From: Candidatus Woesearchaeota archaeon
Lineage (GTDB): Archaea; Nanobdellota; Nanobdellia; Woesearchaeales; WJIZ01
DNA: 64,000 nt
Reading direction: 5' to 3'
NCBI GenBank assembly: GCA_018221205.1
Contig: JAAOYF010000045.1
Span: 3,264-67,263, forward strand
Of this stretch, positions 1-8,881 are shown piece by piece. A program made the position numbers and the translations under genes. The notes beneath the pieces are model-generated. The model saw only the letters and a program-made list of their open reading frames with translations, searched no databases and was not told the origin of the DNA. Numbering within the stretch: the first letter of the stretch is position 1; each line of letters begins with the position of its first letter.

Positions 1-572
1 TGAAAATCATCAACAAGAAAAAATTTGCCAGGCTGCCAGTGTATGAAGGCCATAAAGACAAGATTATGGGCATGTTCTATTACAAAGATGCATTTTCATA
101 TATCCAGAAAGGTAAATTCGATACCCCCATTGCAAAGTTGTTGAGAAGGCCGCTATTCATTCCAGAAACAAAGAAGATCGATGAGATGCTGAAATTGTTC
201 CAGATGAAAAAGCAGCAGATGGCCATCATCGTTGATGAACATGGAGGAGTGTCTGGATTGGTGACGGTCGAGGATATCCTGGAAGAGATCGTCGGTGAGA
301 TTGCAGATGAGGCAGAGCCGGTGGAGCAGGAAATCATCAAGCAGAGCGGTGACACCTATAAAATCCTGGGCAAAGCCAGCATCCATGAAGTCAACAGGAA
401 GACAAAGACCAAATTCATAGCCACAGAGGATTTTGACACCATCTCAGGATTGATCATGCATGAGCTTGGCAGCATCCCAAAAGTTGGAGAGGAGATTGTG
501 GTTGAGGGAGTCAAGCTGAAAGTGAAGAAGATTGAGGAACATAGGATTATCGAAGTTGAGCTAAAGAAATAA
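1..572 (+). CDS. CorC/HlyC-family protein, C-terminal part (CBS pair plus transporter-associated domain). The 5' end lies outside the window.
   Basis: The reading frame is open from nucleotide 3. The motif LPVYEG..IMGMFYYKD matches the CorC signature, followed by IIVDEHGGVSGLVTVEDILEEIVGEI (CBS2/CorC_HlyC junction). Confidence 0.6.
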   Translation, partial: KIINKKKFARLPVYEGHKDKIMGMFYYKDAFSYIQKGKFDTPIAKLLRRPLFIPETKKIDEMLKLFQMKKQQMAIIVDEHGGVSGLVTVEDILEEIVGEIADEAEPVEQEIIKQSGDTYKILGKASIHEVNRKTKTKFIATEDFDTISGLIMHELGSIPKVGEEIVVEGVKLKVKKIEEHRIIEVELKK

Positions 573-653
573 CAAAAACCTTTATAAATGGGTTCTTTAT
601 CCTTTGACATACGCTATTCGTAGCGATTCTAATGCCGCAAGGCATGGTGAAAA

Positions 654-1148
654 ATGGCAACAGTATATGATGTGGAAGCTCAAAAGCTTATCGAACAAGT
701 AGCTAAGGAACTATCAAATAAGGATAATCTGAAAGCTCCTGATTGGAGCAGATTCGTGAAAACAGGACCTTCTAAGGATAGAGTGCCACTTGATGCAGAT
801 TGGTGGTATGTCCGGAGTGCTGCAGTCTTGAGGACTATGTATAAGGCAAATGGTCCATTAGGTGTGCAGAAATTGCGGATCAAATACGGCAGCAAGAAAA
901 ATCGCGGCCACAAACCTGAAAAATTCTACAAATCATCCGGGAAGATCATCCGAACAATCCTTCAGAGCCTAGAGAAAGAAGGCCTTATCCAGAAAGCTGA
1001 TATCGGTGTCCATAAGGGCAGAGTGATATCCGGCAAAGGAAAATCATTATTAGATAAATCAGCATCTGCTCTTGCAGGCAAACCTGCTAAAAAACCAGTA
1101 GGAAAGCCTGTTAAGAAGCAAGCTGAGAAACCTGCGAAAAATGAGTGA
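654..1148 (+). CDS. rps19e: Ribosomal protein S19e with a K/P-rich C-terminal tail.
   Basis: The N-terminus MATVYDV...DWWYVRSAAVLR is the hallmark of S19e. A TATA-like ctttataaat lies about 55 nt upstream. Confidence 0.9.
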   Translation: MATVYDVEAQKLIEQVAKELSNKDNLKAPDWSRFVKTGPSKDRVPLDADWWYVRSAAVLRTMYKANGPLGVQKLRIKYGSKKNRGHKPEKFYKSSGKIIRTILQSLEKEGLIQKADIGVHKGRVISGKGKSLLDKSASALAGKPAKKPVGKPVKKQAEKPAKNE

Positions 1149-1464
1149 TCTTGACGAGATCAGAAAGAAGAAACTGGCTGAGCTGCAACAGCATGTTAAT
1201 CAGCAGCAAGATCAGGAACAGCAGATGCAGCAGCAGGTTGCACAACTCGAGCATATGGTGAAGCAGCACCTCACCAAGGATGCCATTGAGCGATATGGTA
1301 ACCTGAAGACAGCGCATGCTGAAAAAGCATTGCGATTAATTGCAGTTGTTGCACAGGCTATCCAGCAAGGACAGATCAAAGAGAAGATCACTGATGAGCA
1401 GCTGAAGAGACTGCTGCAGGGAATAGAGCCTGCAAAGAAGGATTTCACAATCAAGCGGAAATAA
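1141..1464 (+). CDS. PDCD5/TFAR19-like double-stranded DNA-binding protein.
   Basis: Helical, Q-rich protein of 107 aa. It overlaps the rps19e stop, which is the conserved archaeal S19e-PDCD5 arrangement. Confidence 0.7.
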   Translation: MSDLDEIRKKKLAELQQHVNQQQDQEQQMQQQVAQLEHMVKQHLTKDAIERYGNLKTAHAEKALRLIAVVAQAIQQGQIKEKITDEQLKRLLQGIEPAKKDFTIKRK

Positions 1465-1465
1465 G

Positions 1466-1639
1466 ATGGCACGAGCAAAACACCCTGGAAAAAAGAAAAG
1501 GCTAGTGAAAGCGTCGAGACAGACGAGATGGGCGCCTTTCTGGACCGTACCAAAGATGTACGGCAAAGCACGAAGGGTGCATCCTGGCAGACATACCTCT
1601 GTCAAGAGAAGCTGGAAACGTGGCAAGATAAAGGCATAA
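1466..1639 (+). CDS. rpl39e: Ribosomal protein L39e. It is absent from the ORF track because it is shorter than 60 aa.
   Basis: Manual translation gives MARAKHPGKKKRLVKASRQTRWAPFWTVPKMYGKARRVHPGRHTSVKRSWKRGKIKA. It lies between the PDCD5-like gene and rpl31e. Confidence 0.8.
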   Translation: MARAKHPGKKKRLVKASRQTRWAPFWTVPKMYGKARRVHPGRHTSVKRSWKRGKIKA

Positions 1640-1640
1640 G

Positions 1641-2180
1641 ATGGCAAAAGACAAAAAGAAGGAAGTGAAGATTGTCTTAGAGAGGACATTCAACGTCCCT
1701 TTACGCAGCTCATGGCTCAAATCTCCTAAATACCGAAGAAGCAAGAGAGCGATGACTGCTTTGAAAGCGTATCTTGTGAAGCATATGAAATCAGATGCTA
1801 TTTCCATCGGAAGGTATGCTAACATGAAAATCTGGGAACATGGTATCAGGAATCCTCCTCACCATATCAAGGTCATTGCCAAGAAAGATGAAGAAGGTAA
1901 GGTCAAAGCTGAGCTGGATGGTGCTCCTGAAGAGAAGCCTCCGGAGCCGATCAAGAAAAGAGTGAAGAAGGAAGAGCCTGAAGCAAAGGCTTTGGAAGAG
2001 AAAGTCGAGAAAGTGAAAGAAGAGAAAGCAGAAAAAGGAAAGGAAATCGAGAAAGAAGAGATCAAGGAGCTGAAGAAAGAGAAACCCCTCCAGCACGCCC
2101 CTAAGAAAGAAGCAAAACAGAAAGATGTTCATGCTCAGCCGACTGCCCCTGCTGGCAAATCTGAGATGAGAAAGCCCTAA
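1641..2180 (+). CDS. rpl31e: Ribosomal protein L31e with a K/E-rich C-terminal extension of about 90 aa.
   Basis: The core KIVLERTFNVPLR...RRSKRAMTALKAYL...IWEHGIRNPP matches L31e. The tail is low-complexity EEKxEK repeats. Confidence 0.85.
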   Translation: MAKDKKKEVKIVLERTFNVPLRSSWLKSPKYRRSKRAMTALKAYLVKHMKSDAISIGRYANMKIWEHGIRNPPHHIKVIAKKDEEGKVKAELDGAPEEKPPEPIKKRVKKEEPEAKALEEKVEKVKEEKAEKGKEIEKEEIKELKKEKPLQHAPKKEAKQKDVHAQPTAPAGKSEMRKP

Positions 2181-2236
2181 TTCTAACACAAAGATTTTTA
2201 AACAGCAAATACCTTTAATTGGAAAAAGAGATTAGA

Positions 2237-2716
2237 ATGAAGAAAGCGCAGGCTGCTATGGAATTTCTCATCACCCATGGGTGGACTATCCTTGTTGTTA
2301 TGCTTGCCCTCATCGCTCTCTCTTTTGTGGGTGTGCAAGTCACTAGACAGGCTCCTTCCCCTTGTATCGGCGAACCAGGACTGGACTGCATCGACAAAGC
2401 ATTCATTTCTGCAGAGACCAATCAGATCCAGTTTATATTGAGGAACAATATGGGTGTGGGCCTTAGCAGACTTTCTGTCATTGGTGGAGGAAATAAGTGT
2501 ACGGTAGAGAAAAGCAATACTACCTATCTACAGCCTGACGGCAGCTGGAAGAATATCAGCAATATACCCAACCATCTGCCGATTCGCATCAGTGTAGACT
2601 GCAGCAACGACATCCGCAAGGGCAAATTCAAGACATTAGTCGATGTCCAATATACCAACAATCAATCTCAATTGACACATATCAGTTCTGTTTCCATCAA
2701 TGGTGTAGCATCCTAA
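2237..2716 (+). CDS. Archaeal type IV pilin-like protein with a class III signal peptide.
   Basis: The N-terminus MKKAQAAMEFLITHGWTILVVMLALIAL has a positive charge, then QAAMEFL, then a hydrophobic helix. The C-terminal region is Cys-containing and beta-rich. Confidence 0.5.
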   Translation: MKKAQAAMEFLITHGWTILVVMLALIALSFVGVQVTRQAPSPCIGEPGLDCIDKAFISAETNQIQFILRNNMGVGLSRLSVIGGGNKCTVEKSNTTYLQPDGSWKNISNIPNHLPIRISVDCSNDIRKGKFKTLVDVQYTNNQSQLTHISSVSINGVAS

Positions 2717-2749
2717 AGATTTATTAAACTCCTTCTTGTCCCCTATCAT

Positions 2750-3715
2750 ATGAAATTACCGTTTGAGCAGATCAAAAAAGAATTGATCATCAGAAAGGAA
2801 GCGATAAGCGATCCGAATCTTGGTGAGAATCCTCTTACAAGGCCGATAAAAGAGTTGGTCTGTTTTGGTGTGGTCAATATCGACAAGCCTAAGGGACCTA
2901 CCTCTCATCAAGTCAGCGACTATGTACAGAGGATTCTCGGCATCAAAAAAGCAGGCCATTCTGGCACGCTTGATCCTGGAGTTACGGGTGTATTGCCGAT
3001 TGCACTCGGAAGAGCTACCCGGATTGTGCAGATCTTACTGCCGGCAGGCAAGGAATACCTCTGCGTCATGCATCTTCATGAAAACGTTTCTGAGAGGAAG
3101 ATACGAAAGGTGTTCAAGGACTTTACAGGAAAGATCATGCAGATGCCTCCGATAAAGTCTGCGGTCAAGAGGCAGCTCAGGGAGAGAGAGATCTATTATC
3201 TTGAGATCCTAGAGATTGAAGGGAAAGATGTCCTTTTCAGAGTTGGTTGTCAGGCAGGCACCTATATCCGGAAGCTTTGCTCTGACATAGGGAAAAAGAT
3301 CGGGAAAGGAGCGCATATGGCAGAATTACGGAGGACAAAAGCAGGGTGCTTTGATGAACAAAACCTGGTTACCCTACAAGAGCTCACTGATGCCCTGCAT
3401 TATTGGAAAGAAGGGAACGAGGAAAAGATAAGGAAGATCATCCAGCCAATCGAGGATGCTGTCAACCATCTGCCGACTGTCTTTGTGCATGACACTGCTG
3501 TCAACTCTTTATGCCATGGGCAGGATTTAGCTGTCCCAGGAATCTCAATGCTCCATAACACCATCAACCCTGGAGATCTTGTCGGGGTGATGACACTCAA
3601 GAAGGAACTGGTCGCGATAGGCGAAGCAAACCTTACCTCTATCGCGATGATCAAGAAGAAGAAAGGGGTTGCCATCAAGACAAATAAAGTGTTCATGAAG
3701 AAAGGGCTGTACTAA
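2750..3715 (+). CDS. cbf5: tRNA/rRNA pseudouridine synthase Cbf5 (TruB family) with a PUA domain.
   Basis: Motifs GHSGTLDPGVTGVLPIALGRATR and the C-terminal PUA-like region VHDTAVNSLCHGQDLAVPGI. Confidence 0.9.
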   Translation: MKLPFEQIKKELIIRKEAISDPNLGENPLTRPIKELVCFGVVNIDKPKGPTSHQVSDYVQRILGIKKAGHSGTLDPGVTGVLPIALGRATRIVQILLPAGKEYLCVMHLHENVSERKIRKVFKDFTGKIMQMPPIKSAVKRQLREREIYYLEILEIEGKDVLFRVGCQAGTYIRKLCSDIGKKIGKGAHMAELRRTKAGCFDEQNLVTLQELTDALHYWKEGNEEKIRKIIQPIEDAVNHLPTVFVHDTAVNSLCHGQDLAVPGISMLHNTINPGDLVGVMTLKKELVAIGEANLTSIAMIKKKKGVAIKTNKVFMKKGLY

Positions 3716-4002
3716 TCTGCTTTGTTCATGATCTCATGCTGTATTCTTTTCGCTTCATTGAAGATGCTCAAGAAGATCTCTTCAACAAAGTCTTCAGAAA
3801 TCTGATAGTCTTTCGCGAGCTTCTTCAGGCGCTTCATGATCTGCTGCTCGCGTTTCTCCTGGAAGATGGGAACATTGTTCTTTTTCTTGTACTCTCCGAT
3901 CTCGGGCATCAAGGACATCCGCTCTCCTAATGCTGTTATCAAGACCTTATCAACACGGTCAATCTGCTTCCTGATCTTCTGGATTTTGTCCATCTTCCCC
4001 AC
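3712..4002 (-). CDS. Chorismate mutase, AroQ class.
   Basis: IRKQIDRVDKVLITALGERMSL...KKKNNVPIFQEKREQQIMKRL is a typical AroQ helix bundle. Confidence 0.65.
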   Translation of the reverse strand: MGKMDKIQKIRKQIDRVDKVLITALGERMSLMPEIGEYKKKNNVPIFQEKREQQIMKRLKKLAKDYQISEDFVEEIFLSIFNEAKRIQHEIMNKAD

Positions 4003-4083
4003 ATTGTCTTAGTGGTCCATATTTAAAAAGGTTTTGAAAAAGATAAGTTTTATATATTGGCCGATATTCCATAGACTAACTTT

Positions 4084-4323
4084 TTGGGGGTTATTACCAT
4101 GGAAACATCACGACCATTAGATGCATTGAATCGGGCAAGAGACAAGAAAGTCATTGTCGAACTGAAGAATCAGAAACAATTTATTGGCAAGTTAAAAGCA
4201 TTTGACATCCATATCAATGTCGTTCTTGAAGATGCTGAAGAAAGAGTAGATGGTGAAATGAAACGAAAGCTTGGAGTGGTCTTCCTCAGAGGAGATACCA
4301 TCACTATCATCTCACCGGAGTAG
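4084..4323 (+). CDS. Sm-like archaeal protein (SmAP).
   Basis: The Sm1 motif (KVIVELKNQKQFIGKLKAFDIHINVVLEDAEE) and the Sm2 motif (VFLRGDTITIIS) are both present. Confidence 0.85.
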   Translation: MGVITMETSRPLDALNRARDKKVIVELKNQKQFIGKLKAFDIHINVVLEDAEERVDGEMKRKLGVVFLRGDTITIISPE

Positions 4324-4330
4324 AATTCTT

Positions 4331-4492
4331 ATGGGAACCGCATCAATGGGCAAAAAATCTGGGAAGAAGAATTTTGTACAGTGTCGACGTTGCGGAAAGA
4401 GGACTATGCATGTCCGTAAAAAGAAATGCTCAAGCTGCGGCTATGGCGATTCTCCTAGAAAAAGAAGCTATGCCTGGCAGAAGAAAAAATAA
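4331..4492 (+). CDS. rpl37e: Ribosomal protein L37e (C4 zinc ribbon).
   Basis: MGTASMGKKSGKKNFVQCRRCGKRTMHVRKKKCSSCGYG. The Sm-L37e adjacency is conserved in archaea. Confidence 0.85.
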   Translation: MGTASMGKKSGKKNFVQCRRCGKRTMHVRKKKCSSCGYGDSPRKRSYAWQKKK

Positions 4493-5134
4493 TCAAGTCA
4501 ATGGATCAACGTCGTTCTTGCAGTCTCGTTTGAGGAAAGAAAACTCGATATTGTCGCATATCTGCTGCTTGCCTGTCGCTTTGGCCAACCTATAGTAGCA
4601 GTTTGCTTTCATTATCTCACTATCGATATAGAAGCACTGGTTGGAATCGGTCAATGATTCTGCCTGCCTGAAGATGCAGCCATCTCTTATCGTTGTCTCT
4701 CGGATAAAAAAGCACTCATCTGTACTATTCAGCTGCTTTGCCATGATCTTATAGCATTCGTCCCTTGTCTCGAAACCGATAACTTGCCTGCATGCATCGC
4801 TTGTCTCGACTTTTCCAGCAACAGTGATAAGGCATTGATCGTGCAGTTTCTGTTCGCCAATCATGAGGCAGACCTCTTGGTCGCCCTGTAATTCTGCGAT
4901 AGAAGCAATACAAGTCCCACTTCCGAGGGTGATGCACGTCTTGATATCCTGATTCTGGATAGCTACCTCGGTCTGGCATGAGCGCTGTACGATATCATTC
5001 TGGATCTGGCTGCAGAAAGAACTATCTTGCAGTTCAAGAGCTTTCTCGAACAGGCAGTCGTCATCTGTGCAATCTGTAGATGGTCGGCATGCTATGAGAA
5101 ATAATACACCCAGCAACCAATAGATTTTTTTCAT
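4493..5134 (-). CDS. Cys-rich secreted or lipoprotein-like repeat protein.
   Basis: Signal peptide MKKIYWLLGVLFLIAC. About 12 quasi-periodic x-C units recur every 15-18 residues (DDC, SFC, RSC, KTC, GTC, EVC, DQC, DAC, DEC, DGC, NQC, ANC, QIC, RDC). Confidence 0.5.
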   Translation of the reverse strand: MKKIYWLLGVLFLIACRPSTDCTDDDCLFEKALELQDSSFCSQIQNDIVQRSCQTEVAIQNQDIKTCITLGSGTCIASIAELQGDQEVCLMIGEQKLHDQCLITVAGKVETSDACRQVIGFETRDECYKIMAKQLNSTDECFFIRETTIRDGCIFRQAESLTDSNQCFYIDSEIMKANCYYRLAKATGKQQICDNIEFSFLKRDCKNDVDPLT

Positions 5135-5219
5135 CGTGCCTGGATTTTCTTCTGGCTTTAAATAGCTTTTGTATGAGTTAAGTTTTTAAATAAGTGTTAG
5201 ATACAATAGATATTCCTAT

Positions 5220-5343
5220 GCGGGGTTGCCGGAGTGGTCAAACGGGATAGGCTTAGGTCAGTCATGGTATGATGAGCGAACGCGATGACTGGAAGATACC
5301 TATTGGCTTAGTGCCTACGCAGGTTCGAACCCTGCATCCCGCA
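5220..5343 (+). tRNA. tRNA-Leu with anticodon TAG and an intron of about 40 nt at the canonical 37/38 position.
   Basis: Acceptor GCGGGGT/ATCCCGC. Three-bp D-stem, as in type II tRNAs. Anticodon stem ATAGG/CCTAT, loop CTTAGG|intron|A. Long variable arm. T-arm GCAGGTTCGAACCCTGC. Confidence 0.75.
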
Positions 5344-5353
5344 TCTTTTTTAA

Positions 5354-5839
5354 ATGGTTGATGTATCCTTCTTCAGTATGGTCAAAGGCATCATCTTCGA
5401 TTACAATCGCACCCTTTTTGACCCTGTGAATAAGTCCCTTATTCCTGGTGCAAAAGAAGTTCTTGATAATCTCTCTCAAAATGGATTCAAAATAGCGCTC
5501 ATGAGCAGAACAAGTGACAAAACAAAGCGCATGGAGCAGATCCATCGGATCGGAATCATGGATAATTTCAGCCATATCCAACTCATTCAAAAAGATACTG
5601 AAGATAAGGGCTTCCACCATCTTAAGGCCTGTGCTGATAAAATGAGCTTACCTGCATCAGAGCTTGCTGTTGTTGGAGATCGTGTAAGATCTGAGATACG
5701 ATTAGGTAAAAAATTGGACATGCTCACTATTTGGTATAAGGCAGGAAAATATTCTGACGAGATGCCTATGGCTGAAGATGAAGCCCCTCACCACACCATC
5801 ACTCAACTTGGTGAAGTAATACGTATCGTGAGGGATTGA
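5354..5839 (+). CDS. HAD-superfamily hydrolase-like protein with a degenerate motif I.
   Basis: IIFDYNRTL is motif I with DxN instead of DxD. A conserved K is present and AVVGDRVRSEI provides motif IV (GDxxxD). Confidence 0.45.
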   Translation: MVDVSFFSMVKGIIFDYNRTLFDPVNKSLIPGAKEVLDNLSQNGFKIALMSRTSDKTKRMEQIHRIGIMDNFSHIQLIQKDTEDKGFHHLKACADKMSLPASELAVVGDRVRSEIRLGKKLDMLTIWYKAGKYSDEMPMAEDEAPHHTITQLGEVIRIVRD

Positions 5840-5842
5840 ACC

Positions 5843-6646
5843 ATGAAAACTATCTTGATTACTGGCTGTTCTTCTGGTATAGGATTATGCCTTGCACAAG
5901 GGCTTCGAAAAAGAGGGTATCATGTCATCGCTAGTGCACGTAAAGATAAAGATGTCCACATGCTGAAGAAAGAAGGTTTCGATACCTTGTTGTTAGATGT
6001 CGACGATTCTTCTTCTATAAAGAATGTGGTGAAGAAACTCAAGAAGATAGATGTCCTGATCAACAATGCTGGCTACGGCCAGCCGGGTGCAGTAGAGGAT
6101 CTGAAAAGAGAAGATGTCAGAAAACAGTTTGAGACGAATGTCTTCGGCGCGATGGAATTGTCTGCTGCAGTCTTGCCCCTTATGCGCAAACAAGGCAGAG
6201 GAAGGATCATCAATATCAGCTCTATTCTGGGAATCGTCGCATTGCCGCACCAAGGTGCCTATAATGCTTCTAAATATGCTCTGGAAGGTTTTACTGATAC
6301 ACTGCGTCTGGAATTAAAGAATAAGAACATAAAGGCCATCCTAGTCGAGCCTGGTCCTATTGAAACGAATTTCCGTCATAATTTCAAGTCGAATTATCGG
6401 CCGCACTATAAAAAAAGCAGCCATCAGCAAGGATATGAAAAAAGAAAGAAAAGAGCAAAGAAAAAATACCCTTTCACCAAAGGGCCTGAAGCGGTTCTGC
6501 GGAAGGTCATCCATGCTGTCGAATCCAGGAATCCAAAGATACGCTATCCTGTCACCTTTCCTAGCTACTTCTTCATGGCATTGAAATGGCTTCTTACTGA
6601 TAAGATGCTTGATAAGGCCATCAAAAGGATCTATAGAAATCTCTAA
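5843..6646 (+). CDS. Short-chain dehydrogenase/reductase (SDR).
   Basis: ILITGCSSGIGLCLA (TGxxxGIG), NNAG, and the catalytic S...YNASKYALEGF (YxxxK). Confidence 0.85.
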   Translation: MKTILITGCSSGIGLCLAQGLRKRGYHVIASARKDKDVHMLKKEGFDTLLLDVDDSSSIKNVVKKLKKIDVLINNAGYGQPGAVEDLKREDVRKQFETNVFGAMELSAAVLPLMRKQGRGRIINISSILGIVALPHQGAYNASKYALEGFTDTLRLELKNKNIKAILVEPGPIETNFRHNFKSNYRPHYKKSSHQQGYEKRKKRAKKKYPFTKGPEAVLRKVIHAVESRNPKIRYPVTFPSYFFMALKWLLTDKMLDKAIKRIYRNL

Positions 6647-8328
6647 CCGAACGTCAAGGCAAACCAATCCCTGAATGAAAGGAATATCTCTGTGACACTT
6701 GCCCGCCAAGAACGCTTCTGGATTTCATCAGAAGAATAGCCTAATGCGAGAGCGATCTGCTCGTATGCTCTCTTGCATTTTACCGGATCTTTCAGGTCAA
6801 AATGATTACACGGCACGACAGCATTGAAGACTGCGCCCTTGAGCTGCACACTTTTAAGCGTGACCATGCTGTCTCCTATGGGATCTATAGAACCGGCTAC
6901 AGTATAATACTCCACTATTCCTGGAGTCTCATCCTGGTTCAATATGGGATGGGAAATCTGGCCTGCCTTCTGCAGCTGTTCGCATTGTGAGGTATAATCT
7001 CGTCCATCCACAAGAGTAAGCACCATGGAAGGGACACCAATAGCTGCACAGTCCTGGATCAGCTGCTTGTTCTCTCCTAAAGGGACTTCGAGACCTTTGA
7101 ACAATTCGTACGTCTGCTCACCGTAGAGGCCTCCACGGCTTGGAGCACCCAAAAGGATGAGCTTGTGGACATTGCGGATATTGTCATCAGTAAGCATATA
7201 TGACTTCGAGATAAGTCCGCCTAAGCTATGGGCTATGATATTGACCTTGTCAGAGCCGGTGCATGCCTTGATCTTATCCACCACTTCTGAGAATGTGTTG
7301 ATGAACTGGGGCTCTTGCTTCTTATCAGACTCGACAATCCGGAGGTATGCTTCCTGTATCACATTGGAAAGCTTTGATTCTTTCTGCACGCCTTGCTTCT
7401 CATAATAGCTCGCTACAAACACTGATTTTGAGCTGATTTCTGGACATGAAGCATCGAAGATGTCCAGCTCGTGTCCATTCTCGTAGCCCAACCCGTTCAC
7501 GAGCGCCCTCTGTAATTTGCGCAGCCTGATAGGGGAACTGGCAAAACCATGGAGAAGAATTGTCGGATAGGTATCCTTTCCTGCAGATACCTGCTGATCT
7601 TCACAGCTACAATCAGGAGAGGAACATCCTTCACGGGGATACGTGCAGATACCATCACCTTCGACAAAAGAGTTTCTTGAGCACTTCCCCACTACACATT
7701 GTTCACCATACCTGCAGTCCACGTCGCTTACACAGAAGCTCGGCGGTATGATGCAATCCTTGCAGGTGAAGGAGGATTCTGGCAATGAACAAAGCCTGTC
7801 GCCGCATTGTGTACAGGTCTGTGGTGTGCAGAGCGAGCTGCATTCTTCTAATTTCTCAAGAGGCCTGCCGCAATTATCAATGAGCCATCTTTCGTTGTCC
7901 CTGCAGCCTACTTGGGCATAGAGGCTGCATCCGATGGTGCAGTTCTTCGCACAGAGACTGAAATACTCGTCAAAATTCTTCATGAAGCTGACGAATCCAT
8001 TTTCCAGACAGACTTCCTCGCAGGCAAATGGAGTATTGCCAGAGATGACAAATGATGCAGAAAGATCATTGAGAGAAGTTCCTGATCTCCCGATATAGGT
8101 AAAATCGACAGGTCCGATGGGGGCGCCTTGCAGAGTGATAAATCCGTACGCATTGCCGTTGATGATGAAATGAGCCCTATCTTTTATAGGATCGATAGTA
8201 GTAAAAGAGACAGATATGTTAATCTCTGGGGTGACAAAGTAGCTTGTGTGGCCGAACTTCACTGAGCTGGAGATATCAGCGTATACTAACGGGATAAGTA
8301 AGATAATCAAGAGCCACGCCTTTTTCAT
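6643..8328 (-). CDS. Secreted alpha/beta-hydrolase (lipase/PGAP1-like) with an N-terminal Cys-rich domain.
   Basis: Signal peptide MKKAWLLIILLIPLVYA. A Cys-dense region of about 120 aa. The lipase nucleophile elbow is present in IIAHSLGGLISKSY. Confidence 0.6.
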   Translation of the reverse strand: MKKAWLLIILLIPLVYADISSSVKFGHTSYFVTPEINISVSFTTIDPIKDRAHFIINGNAYGFITLQGAPIGPVDFTYIGRSGTSLNDLSASFVISGNTPFACEEVCLENGFVSFMKNFDEYFSLCAKNCTIGCSLYAQVGCRDNERWLIDNCGRPLEKLEECSSLCTPQTCTQCGDRLCSLPESSFTCKDCIIPPSFCVSDVDCRYGEQCVVGKCSRNSFVEGDGICTYPREGCSSPDCSCEDQQVSAGKDTYPTILLHGFASSPIRLRKLQRALVNGLGYENGHELDIFDASCPEISSKSVFVASYYEKQGVQKESKLSNVIQEAYLRIVESDKKQEPQFINTFSEVVDKIKACTGSDKVNIIAHSLGGLISKSYMLTDDNIRNVHKLILLGAPSRGGLYGEQTYELFKGLEVPLGENKQLIQDCAAIGVPSMVLTLVDGRDYTSQCEQLQKAGQISHPILNQDETPGIVEYYTVAGSIDPIGDSMVTLKSVQLKGAVFNAVVPCNHFDLKDPVKCKRAYEQIALALGYSSDEIQKRSWRASVTEIFLSFRDWFALTFG

Positions 8329-8401
8329 TACGATAATCCTAGAAGGAAGGCTATAAAAACATTTCTGAAAAGTTTATAAGCTTCAGCATAATTTTACCTG
8401 T

Positions 8402-8734
8402 ATGGCCATTGCAATACTGATGATCATCATTATCATCCTCTTCTCCTTCTGGATGCTTTTCCTTTTTTTGGAGTGGGCAATCATGGGAATAGTGAATTTT
8501 CTGCTTCTGATCGTCATCATACTGCGAGAATATGCTGATCTGCATACAAGGAAATACCTAGCCTATTATGTCATCGGGGCAGCAGTTGGGTGGCTGGCCC
8601 TGTTCTCTGGCATAGCAGATCTCTTGTCTCGATTACAGGTGTTGCTGCCTGTACAATTCTTATTGGTTGCGTTTGTTGTGGCTCAGATCCTGATTTTCAT
8701 TGATAAGAAATATATGCAGCCGAAAATACCCTAG
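8402..8734 (+). CDS. Small integral membrane protein with about three transmembrane helices.
   Basis: Hydrophobic segments only. No recognisable family. Confidence 0.35.
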   Translation: MAIAILMIIIIILFSFWMLFLFLEWAIMGIVNFLLLIVIILREYADLHTRKYLAYYVIGAAVGWLALFSGIADLLSRLQVLLPVQFLLVAFVVAQILIFIDKKYMQPKIP

Positions 8735-8881
8735 TATACTCTTCTCCTCCAAAATGGGGCAAAGGTTTATATATGGCTAAACTCAAAAAGTTAGTACGAG
8801 TTGGGGGTGGTTTAGGAGCGGTTGCTTCTTTTTTTTCTTCTAAAGTAAAAATATTTAAGCTAGCGATTTCTTAATCAGCCT

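Noticed and set aside
8770-8871. A 33-aa ORF (MAKLKKLVRVGGGLGAVASFFSSKVKIFKLAIS) in the intergenic region before proA.
   Set aside because: Its ATG is embedded in the TATA-like box with no room for a promoter, and it is too short to support.
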